Positions 25,070-34,283 of a stretch of DNA of 34,283 bases are shown piece after piece; the first letter of the stretch is position 1; the number at the start of each line of letters is the position of its first letter. This DNA is from Octopus bimaculoides (Eukaryota), in contig NC_068982.1 in assembly GCF_001194135.2 (NCBI RefSeq), positions 112,056,362 through 112,090,644 on the forward strand, written 5' to 3'. The notes beneath the pieces were generated by a model. The model searched no databases. It saw nothing but the letters and a program-made list of their open reading frames with translations, and had not been told where the DNA came from. A program made the translations under genes and the position numbers.

Positions 25070-25971
25070 ACATATATATTTTATACACCAACAAGACTAC
25101 GTTTGTGACAACGAAAGAAGTAGATCTCAATATCGTCGGAAATATTGGACTAAACTTATTAAGCAATTCAGACACGGGGCATCTACATTCAGAATTCAGC
25201 GTTTCTCGACAACGTTTATTCAACACTTACTATCGTTCGTCAACTGTAACGTCAGATATATTAGATACGCTGGAAAATGCAGCCGTGGTAATAAGCTGAT
25301 TAATAAGTGTGCTAGAGGCATAGATTCGCCGAAGGTTTACAAATATATCAGCAGCTCACTCAAAATGCTCATACAATAACATAAATATGCCAACAGTTAC
25401 CACCAATAAATATTCCCACACGCACACACGCCTGCATGCACATACGCTTACTCACACACAGTACAAAGACATCAACAACTCAATCTATAAGGTACATACA
25501 AAGATAGGTATGCAAACTAATCCATTACATGCATTATCATACATAACAAGGCTTTTCTAACGATTATCAACATCCTAAAATTCATTCAAAGATAGTTCAT
25601 TACCTGGTATGATATAACAGGACCTCTGCGAACTGTTTTTGAATAGTGTACGATATCTGGGGAGAACAACCTATCCCAAGTGGAAATAACAATGACGAAA
25701 TAACAACGACGAAAATGATGTAGGTTATTTATAAGAATTCTTTGGTGGGAAATCAAGATGTATAATGTTGATGATATTTGGTTAAATCACTTGAAGAGTA
25801 TACTGTTTTTTCACAGAATGTGAAAATGCCATTCGGGAAACGAATCTAAATACAAATCTGGTACTGACATGCTATATATACAAGAAGAACCTGATGAGAA
25901 GAACACTGAAATATCCTTTGTGTGTTCGCTTGAAATATATATATCCCAAGTAGAAGTGAAGCACTGTTATC

Positions 25972-26052
25972 TCTAGCAGACGAGGTGTCCAGTACTAGGG
26001 AGTGGCAGAAATAGCCCGAAACCAGAACTGGTCAGCTGGTCCTGTCGCTAGA
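25972..26052 (+). ncRNA. Decayed type I hammerhead-ribozyme-like fold
   Basis: Order seen: stem I 5' strand (TCTAGC-A-GAC-G-AGG-TGT-CCAGTA), CTAGGGA (25995-26001; consensus CTGANGA), stem II GTGGC-AGAAATA-GCCC, GAAA (26018-21), stem III CCAG-AA-CTGG, TC (GTC triplet 26031-33), stem I 3' strand (AGCTGG-T-CCT-GTC-GCTAGA). Confidence 0.55.
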
Positions 26053-26259
26053 AGGTGGTAGGGTTTCCTCTCCTGCTCGCAATTTATCGGATGCAGATGT
26101 GCATCGTTAACTAGCTAGAGGAGATGTCTTCGTGTGTTAAAAAAATCGCAGTAGAATCCGTTCGAACGGACAGCCATGTTAAAGTGGCTACGAATATTAC
26201 TTGTCAGTACAAATATTGCATTGATCTCTTAAAGAGATTTTAGAACTAGCATTTTTGCT

Positions 26260-26299
<40 letters not shown>

Positions 26300-28399
26300 T
26301 ATATGCGAGTAAAAATAAATACAAAAAAAGGTGGATTTTTTTGTATGATTGTGTATAGAGGAATATATTATTTTGCTTAAAAGAGTATATATATATATAC
26401 ACACACATTCATATATCTAGGTGTGTATGCATGTGCATATATGTGTGTGTGTGTGTACTTTTGTGAATCACTTCTATTTATAACAAATAACAGAAAAGTC
26501 TTAAATGATGAAGAAGGGGAAAGTAGTTCCTAAATAATTAGCATGGCAATGGAACGAATACCGTATATCTAAAACAAATGAGTAAAAAAAACATGAAATT
26601 ACAGAAACGTTAGTTATGTTAACCATTTCTCCATTATACCACATGTAAATGGAGTAAGTGGAATGATGTGCAATCACTTTATCTAGAGCGAGGTTATCAT
26701 TAGTTATAACCACAGAAAAGCTCTTGAAAATAACCACCCATCGGTTGTTAAATGCTGTAATAGTTCCTTTGCAGTGTAATAAATTAACTCCTTTTCATTT
26801 ACCAAATCCATAGATTTGGTAAAGTAGCTGTTATGTAAGTTTTATTATCCAACTGATTATAGTTTAAAAATAATCCCTATTTCTTCGATTCTTTTGATGT
26901 TCAAATATAACACAAAGGAGGCTTTTTGTTTTCACGTGTGTCATCATTATAGTTCCAACATTTCTTCCATTAGAAAGTGATTTTTCCCTCTGCATATTGC
27001 ATGTTCATTTAGAGTTATAAAATAGGTAAGCCGATAGTGGGATTACAGAGATAAGATACTAACTTTGCGTGGAATTACGACGAAAACCTGGGTATTTTCA
27101 AATGATTTTCTAGCCTGAAGAATTACTTGAAGCTAAGAATATCAATCGTTTCTAATGAGATTTAAATGAAATACTATCAATGACTCATTGAATAGATATA
27201 TTTCTTCTAATTATTTCAGATTTCTATCCAATCTATAGCAATGGAATAGCAAATACTGATATCAAATGTCTTAAAATATATAGCTCCCAGTTCAAATTCC
27301 ACGCTAGCAGACTCTACATTTAAAAATATGTACTGAAGTTATGTGTGGTTAAGTTCAATAGATTTCATTGATTCTCTATAAATGGTGAAAGTATCAAAGT
27401 AAGCCTGTATTGTTTTCATAGCTTTCATTAGAACTGTTCAGTTGTGTTTCGGTTTCAAAAGAACAAGCAAGTCAAACGGTAGGATGTAGAATCCAGTGTA
27501 TCAAAATATGAAAAATATAAATAAACTGATTCCCATGAGGTGGTGCCTTGCTAGATTTCCAATGAAGGCCAAATATCGCTGATATCATTAAGTTCCGCAA
27601 TTCATTTCAAGCACCAAAATGGAAACATGGGTCGTTATTGCAGTGTCGTTATGTTGAAAATATGAACCGCCTGCAGATTTTAGCAGCAATTTCATTGATG
27701 AAATAAGAAATAGTAAGAAATACAGTTTGATAGATAAAGGGTCTTTCCATGCAAGGATAAAAATATCCTTCAACGTAGAAAGATAAGAAATGTTATAGCA
27801 CTTCCTTTAAAATATTATAAATAGCATGGCGTTCACGTTACAACCCCCCCCCCCGAAAATAATAGCAAGAAATGGATGTACAATAGCAATTCTGAACGCT
27901 CCAATTTTGATTTACCAACAGAATTAAACATAGGATTACTGGCGTGGAATGGACATAAACCAATTTCTGTAACAAAGAGGTTTATGGTGCATCAATAAAA
28001 GTTGAGAAAATAATGGTACATGAAGAGAAAATTGTATTAAAAAGACAGGGGATTTTGTGAATAAAGATTGATGTAGAAATCATAAGATAAAGACATTGGG
28101 TATTCAATAGAGAAAGGAAAAAATAACATTTTTGTTAGTCTAATATATTTAAAGGAACAAGATGAAAAAAGAAAAGGAAAAAAAAAACGTCTGATAAAAA
28201 CATAAGGTGTCAATATGAGTTAGGAGGCGGAAAAACTAATCCCGGAATAGCAACAGTAGTTGACTTGTTTCTTTACCATTAAGCGATGAATATTCATAGC
28301 TACACAGAGAAAAGTACTTTGTCTATAAATACTGTCCAAACGGAAGGCTGCTTGATGCAATCTTTAGTCAGATGACCTAAAAGTAGACCAGTGATAGTG

Positions 28400-28620
28400 G
28401 ATCAATCGATCATTTAACTGTGTGGATGATGCTAAAGTAAAATATGGAAAATAAAATGTGATGTCTATTAAAAGGTGGAGTGTTAAGTTTAACAATAAAA
28501 CTGACCAGCCTGTAAATGAAAAGAAAAGAATAAAGGAAGTGGAACACGCTGCATCATGGCACTATTCCGACGCCGAAGAAGACAGCTTGATAGAAATAGG
28601 AAAATGGAGAAGATTGTTCT
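28400..28620 (+). mobile_element. Heavily decayed R4/Dong-like RT fragment (A)
   Basis: Frameshifted IDHLxCVDDAKV resembles INHLLYMDDLKL, followed by weak KF..K/MKRK similarity. Confidence 0.3.
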
Positions 28621-28789
28621 TTATTTATTCAACAGTGCTAATGAATTACTTTTGACTATTTTCTTCAAAGATTCTGGCATGAATTGAGCATGAATTGAGT
28701 TAGATTTACACTCCCATATGCACATATAAGTGATTGTGTCTGTCTGTTTGTATGCGTGTATGTATTCAAGTGTGTGTATGCATGTATCA

Positions 28790-28856
<67 letters not shown>

Positions 28857-28872
28857 GAATAATAATAATAAT

Positions 28873-28906
<34 letters not shown>

Positions 28907-29051
28907 TTTTTTTTTCTTAAATACATGTTTTACCTGTGAATTTGCGTGTGTAAACTGGGAATGCATACAACGAGTTTCTCTGCCCTAGGTGTACGGAAAA
29001 CACTCGGCGAGAATTGGAAGAAAATTTGAAGAAAGAAGAAAAAAAAACAAC

Positions 29052-29110
<59 letters not shown>

Positions 29111-29229
29111 CATAAGAGCACCACAGCAAACCACAGCACATACCCAAGGCGCACAGAGCTGCGCTCGGTAGTGAAGTGAAAGCACGTTATAAAAATAAAA
29201 CTACTGAATAATAATAATAATAATAATAA
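28790..29229. repeat. (GAT)n and three (AAT)n arrays (about 28858-28905, 29054-29108, 29207-29229)
   Basis: Visible. Confidence 0.95.
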
Positions 29230-29230
29230 C

Positions 29231-30688
29231 TGACCTAAAAAATATACAAAAATGAGACAGACCTAGATTCTCTAATCCAAGCTGTAAGAATATTCAGTAA
29301 AGAATGCAGTTTGGGCTAAATAAGTTTGAAGTACTAACTATGAAGAGAGGCCGAAAGATAAAGTCTGATGGCATAGAATTATCACAAGACAACATCGTGC
29401 GATTGCTATGGAATAATGAGGGATATAAATACTCTGGAGTACTGCAGTATGGTAAGATAATGGAAAGAGAAATGAAAGAGAAAGTCACTAAAGTCATTAA
29501 AGACTGCAAAAAGAGAATTAGGAAGGTGCTCAAAATAAACTTAAAAGGAGGAAGCATCATTAAAGTCATAAATACGTGGGCAGTGACAGTATTGAGATAG
29601 TTTTCCCTTTTTTTGAAATGGGCAAAGAACGAGCTGCAGAACGTAGCTAGAAGAACCAGAAAGCTGCCAACAACGCACAATGCACTCCATGCGAAAAGTA
29701 ACACCGACCGACACTATCCGCCAAGGGAAGGTGATACTGGGTTGCTAAACGCGAAATGCACTGTTGGAAGTACGATACTGGGCCTGAAAGAATGAAAGAA
29801 TACTTTCAGCAGCCAGAGATACCAGAAGACTGACTGAAACAGTGGTAGAATTCAAAGAGAAAAGGAAGAACAACAGAATGAACAAATGAGAAGAGATGGA
29901 ACTGCATGGGCAATTCATGCAACAAATCGAAAATTTTGGAAGTGAAGGCCGCTGTCTTTGGTTGATTGACGGGTGTTTGAAACGAAAAACAAACATGAAC
30001 TATAATTGCTCAGGAACAAGCTCTTAGAACAAATCTAATCAATGCAAAGATCGACAAAACTCAGTCAGACAGCAAACGTAGAATCCACAGAAAAAGAGAC
30101 GAGAGTATTAATTACATTTTAAATGAGTGCAGTATACCAGAACAAGCGTAGACATAACTGTATAGGCAAAAGAGGGCATTTAGATGTTTACCGAGTGTGT
30201 GATATGAACACAAAAAAGAAGCTATGATAGAAAATGAGAATTGCAAAACCTAATGGGACTTAGCCATAAAGACTGACCACACTATTGAGGCAAGAAGACT
30301 AGACATGATCATAGAGAAGAAAATGAACCCTGCGAAATCATAGATTTTGTAGGTTCTTACAATTGCAGAGTCGATACCAAATAAATGGAAAAAATTGAGA
30401 AGTATCAGGATCTAGCCAGAAAGCCGAGGAGATTGGAAGACCACAACAATTATTCCTATAGTAATGGGCGCATTTAGCACACTACCCAAAATGCTACCTA
30501 AAAGACTGAAAGAAATTGGAATTGAAACTCGCATTGTCGACCTGCAGAAAAATACCCTCCTATATTCTGCATGAACCCAAAGAAAAATTTTGAGATTTGA
30601 GGAGACTTATCACCAAACCTCAAGATGAAATACGAACTAACTAAATTAGCACTAGCGTGATAATAACAACAACAACAACAACAACAAT
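29231..30688 (+). mobile_element. 5'-truncated, decayed R4/Dong-clade RLE non-LTR retrotransposon (B)
   Basis: Frameshifted ORF: DLK..DLDSLIQAVRIFS, MQFGLNK..GYKYSGVL..KVINTWAVTVLR, WAKNELQNVARRTRK, ELHGQF (29899), AQEQALRTN..decayed CCHC finger, WDLAIKTDHTIEARRLDMII (PD motif mutated), IDF..EKIEKYQDL, LQKNTLLYSA. Short 3' UTR, then a TAATAA(CAA)n tail. Confidence 0.9.
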
Positions 30689-30691
30689 CAA

Positions 30692-30812
30692 GCAGTGGCT
30701 CTCAGGACTTTCGATCTTAACTGATTGGAAGTGCTATCATGTACATGTTATGTCTTGGTATAAAAGATGGGCTACAGCAAATATTCTGCTCAATACTACA
30801 GATTTTTTTAAT
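30692..30812. repeat. Unclassified interspersed repeat fragment
   Basis: TTGGTATAAAAGATGGGCTACAGCAAATATTCTGCTCAATAC is a sequence I recall as a common octopus repeat; no second copy in the window. Confidence 0.3.
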
Positions 30813-30846
30813 CGAGAGCTCTTAGTAGTAAAATGGAAATAATAAC

Positions 30847-32329
30847 AGATTTCCTCATAGTTGCATTGAGAAATGTTTGGAAATGCATAAAATGTCTCAA
30901 GTCATTGATAATTTTCTGTCGAATAGTATGAAGCGATGGAAAACAACACTTATTCAGAGACAGGTAATACGAACGATAGTGACACCCACATAATCCGTAG
31001 TATTTTTTATCACCACTACTACATTTCTATTTTACACGACTCTCATTCCTATAAGTGAGCTTTTGAATGGGTACAGAGTGAGAAAACCATCATTTACATG
31101 GATCATCTAAAGCTTTTCACGAAAGATGATCAACAACTGGAATGACAGTGCCGCTATTTGATTGGAGTTCGGCCTTAGTAGATTTGTTAAAGTTACATTG
31201 TTCAAGGAAAAAAAAAAACACCTGAAAACGAACAAAATACAGACAGACAAATCTGCCATCATTAAGGAATTAAATCGCGAAAAAAATTACAAATATTTAG
31301 GTGTATGTGAAGTGGATGGTTTTCCAAAACTCACAAATGCACGATAAAATTTAGAAAGAATGCTATCTGGAGTTAGAGCTATCCTAAAGAACTAACTTAA
31401 TGCGAAAACCAAGATTGATGCAGTCACTACCTTGGCTATACGTGTTGTGGCCTACATCTTTAACATCATAAAACGTCCCATCATTGATACCAGTAAAACT
31501 GATAAAAAAAATATGGAAGCTCCACACCATGCACCCTATGCAGCGCTCAAAGACAGAAGCAGATAAACTATACTAACCACGGAAGGATGGGAGACGTGGA
31601 CTGATGATGCAGTTGCAACTGTCTTTAAAGACAGTAACTATAGAAGTAGACACCTATCTAAAGAATATTAATGACTGGATACTTAAACCAACTGTAAATA
31701 TGGAAGTTCAAAGAAAAACAAATTCTCAATATCAAAAGAAGCAAAGAGGTATATACAGGAATTAAAGATCACCGAGGCTGAAATGTATCTAGATGAAACA
31801 GAAAAGCTCATTGTAAAACAGATACAAATATAAGCCAATGCAAAAAGAATTCCAGCACTTCGAAATACATGCAAAAGTAAGGCGTTGCATGTCAATTATC
31901 CTACAAGGGCCAGAGATATTGATAAATATGACCCATCAATGATTGGCTGCATCTGGGTTTATATCAGAAACAGAGGACTTCATTATAGCAGCTCAAGATC
32001 AGTGTTTGTTCACTAGCAACTACCAAGCAAGCATTCTTAAAAGTGGTGTAGACCATGCCTGTTTTTGTCGCGCACCCAGAAAAAAAATTGACAACCTTGT
32101 CTCTGCATGCTCAATGTTAGCCTCAAAATAATATATTAAACACCATGATAGATTTGGTTAGCATTTGCACTATATTATATACTGTAAATCTGGACCACCG
32201 TATGACATTAACTGGTGGAAACATGAACCGGCCAAAGTAGTGAAAAGCATCACCGTTCTTTGGTACTTTCCTATATAAACTGATCATGTTATACATATCA
32301 ATACACCAGATATTGAGGTAAAAAATCAC
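30847..32329 (+). mobile_element. Second decayed R4/Dong-clade RLE retrotransposon fragment (C), truncated at both ends
   Basis: RFPHSCIEKCLEM..FLSNSMKRWKTTL, LIPISELLN, YMDHLKLF, EFGLS..NYKYLGV, LHVNYP, SETEDFIIAAQDQ..CFC..NLVSAC..YIKHHD, WWKHEPAKVV..VLWYFPI*TDH..NTPDI; stops just after the RLE PD motif. Confidence 0.9.
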
Positions 32330-32647
32330 GGGTTGGTGTCCCAAGAGTGCAGTAAGCTCACTGGGAACGAGAGACCCCTGGTCTTTGCCAAAGCATCCCT
32401 CTGGGAGAAGGGTACTTTGTATATAAAACTGCCTGCTGCTCTACTGAGCCGGATATCTTGCTCCCTGTTTGTCTCTGGGCATCTTGGTATTGCTAGTAAG
32501 AGTCGCTATGGTATTGTGCAAGCCGAACTGGAGTTAAAATCATTGGACGAGCATTGCTGACGCTTAACACTTAACATCGTGTGTTTTTGATGTTTGAAGT
32601 CTAGTGGCGATGGTCATGCCTGTCTAACGAGTAGGCAGCCATCACGC
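32330..32647 (+). mobile_element. GC-richer unclassified insertion ending in a stem-loop before a (TATG)n tail
   Basis: Abrupt compositional switch at the LINE breakpoint; hairpin GATGG/CCATC plus TGCCT/AGGCA at 32607-32647. Identity and orientation are inferred. Confidence 0.35.
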
Positions 32648-32678
<31 letters not shown>

Positions 32679-32750
32679 TGTATGTATGTATGTATGTATG
32701 AATGCATGAATGGCGTGTATGTATATAATATATATATATATATATATATG
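32648..32750. repeat. (TATG)n/(TA)n microsatellite
   Basis: Visible. Confidence 0.95.
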
Positions 32751-33819
32751 AACACGCACGTAACAAAACAGGAGCATGTCTATAGACATTTAGGATAGTT
32801 TTTCAACAAAAATGGCTAGGTATCCTTTGGCATCATTACATACTTCTATACACATATCTTTATAACTATACACAGTATGTCTTCTAATATTGATGCACAT
32901 ACAATGAGACAACATTAACACAAGCTGTTTATATAATCGTTTTGTTTTTCACCTTGCAAAAGCCAGGAATAAAAACGTAGCCAACACAATTTAGTTTCTT
33001 CTGACATGAAAAGAAATGACCTCTGAGATAATATAATACTAAACTCCATTATTTGTCAAACTATCAACATTTTACTTCTGCAGTGTTGTATTTATTTGTT
33101 CGTTACTTGTTTAATTTTACGGAGAAGTTTACTTAATGGTAAGCTTCTGAAAAATAATTCTTAACTTGCATGAAGTCTTGTTTCTTTGCAACATGTTAAT
33201 CTTTATAGGAAAACATATTGCAATGGCAAAAGTGGCACGTCTTGAAAAGTATTGTAAAAAGAGTTGGTTGTGTTTCATACTATCTCTATATTGCATTCTG
33301 CTGTAGATAAAGAGAACCATTAAGCAAAGTTTATTGCTGAACAACGCAGACATTTCATAAACTTCTTAAATACATGTGTACGAGGAAGAGTCACATGAGT
33401 TTAGATATAACAAATATGACAAGAATCAATGCCATAATAAAATGTACGCTAGCATTATAATAAAGTCAGAAATTTACGTATTGACAGGTTCATATAAAAT
33501 TCTAATTTTCCATTGACGACTTTCTTGTCTACATCTTAAATTTTGTGGGAAAAAATATCCGTAACGGCATATGCAGCATACCCTGAAATAAACTGTGTAG
33601 AATATGAGCTAAAGGTAAAATATATACGGGGACACTCGACTCGCTATAAATATCAACCAAATCTTTTTCCAATTGCATTCTACTGGCCTAAGAAGAGAGA
33701 AAAACACATTAGACAATGTAGTTTTAGATAAGCTATAACCAAAGGAAAGATAGGATATTCATGAGAGGAGTATGTTTGGAGCATGAGTGGTGCATGCTTG
33801 GTAAAAGCCATCTAGTAAG

Positions 33820-33879
33820 TTTGTTATTAGGTTTTATCTATAACCAATTTGTTATTAGGTTTTATTTATAACCAATTTG
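33820..33879. repeat. 28-bp tandem duplication
   Basis: TTTGTTATTAGGTTTTATCTATAACCAA twice with one mismatch. Confidence 0.9.
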
Positions 33880-33909
33880 ATCAGTAACGTTTAACCTACA
33901 AAAAATAAA

Positions 33910-34113
33910 TGATTTCAAATTTTGGCACAAGGTCAGCAATTTCGGAGGAGGGGATAAGTCGATTACATCAATGCCAGTGTTCAACTGGTACTTATTTTAG
34001 CGGCCCTGAAAATATGAAAGGAAAAGTTGACCCCGGTAGCATTTGAACTCAGAATGTGAAGTAGGAAGAAATGCCGCTAAGCATTTTCTCTGGCGCGCTA
34101 ACGGTTCTGCCAG
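33910..34113 (-). mobile_element. tRNA-derived SINE with Meta/MESC-like central domain (best-preserved copy)
   Basis: Minus strand: A-box TGGCAGAACCG, B-box GAGTTCAAATG, central TTTCCTTTCATATTTTCAGGGCCGCTAAAATAAGTACCAG resembling the Sauria/Meta GCCTTCCATCCTTCCGAGGTCGGTAAAATGAGTACCCAG domain (recalled). Confidence 0.75.
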
Positions 34114-34163
34114 TGTGTTTATGCATATATGTATATATTTATGAACATCTTTTCAGAATCATC

Positions 34164-34211
<48 letters not shown>

Positions 34212-34283
34212 GCAGGAGTGGCAACAAAAGAAAGAAAGAGACCTCGATATTATGCAAATAGAGGAATGTATCTGTAAAAATAT

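Noticed and set aside
25880-25950. Second hammerhead (intact CTGATGA at 25891, GAACAC/GTGTTC stem, GAAA-TATATATA-TC)
   Set aside because: Stem I cannot form and the stem II closing pairs are poor. Worth rechecking only if paralogs of the 25972 hammerhead include it as a tandem partner.
26501-26790. ~95-codon open frame on the minus strand
   Set aside because: No recognisable motif or splice context; compatible with chance.
26798-26823. 11-bp perfect hairpin TTTACCAAATC-CATA-GATTTGGTAAA
   Set aside because: AT-rich; about one such stem is plausible by chance in a window this size.
29294-29704. 136-aa hydrophobic minus-strand ORF
   Set aside because: Antisense shadow of the A-rich LINE RT region.
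32330-32420. HDV-like or twister ribozyme at the start of the GC-rich insert
   Set aside because: Could not assemble the nested double pseudoknot or the twister consensus by eye.
32601-32647. Helitron 3' end (hairpin followed by CTAG on the minus strand)
   Set aside because: Hairpin-CTAG spacing is only about 2 nt, the next base is A rather than T, and no 5' TC terminus can be identified.
18-34277. Most ORFs in the supplied track (poly-YI, HT, CV, S, M, D, X)
   Set aside because: They translate microsatellites or N-gaps; no coding evidence.

Overview
AT-rich eukaryotic scaffold with ten N-gaps (about 2.8 kb) and very dense microsatellites. The interspersed repeats resemble those I recall from Octopus genomes; this is an inference, not a search result. 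No protein-coding gene can be supported, and most listed ORFs are translations of microsatellites, N-runs or antisense LINE sequence, so the window looks intronic or intergenic. Supported content: (1) three near-identical tRNA-derived SINEs plus older CORE-like and Meta/MESC-like SINEs; (2) a ~600-bp TIR element with a perfect 8-bp TSD; (3) a CR1-group LINE 3' remnant; (4) a cluster of decayed R4/Dong-like RLE retrotransposon fragments at 28.4-32.3 kb, one flanked by TAA-type repeats; (5) a 38-bp perfect palindrome within an inverted triplication. The most unusual signal is a complete type I hammerhead-ribozyme fold with a mutated catalytic core at 25972-26052.
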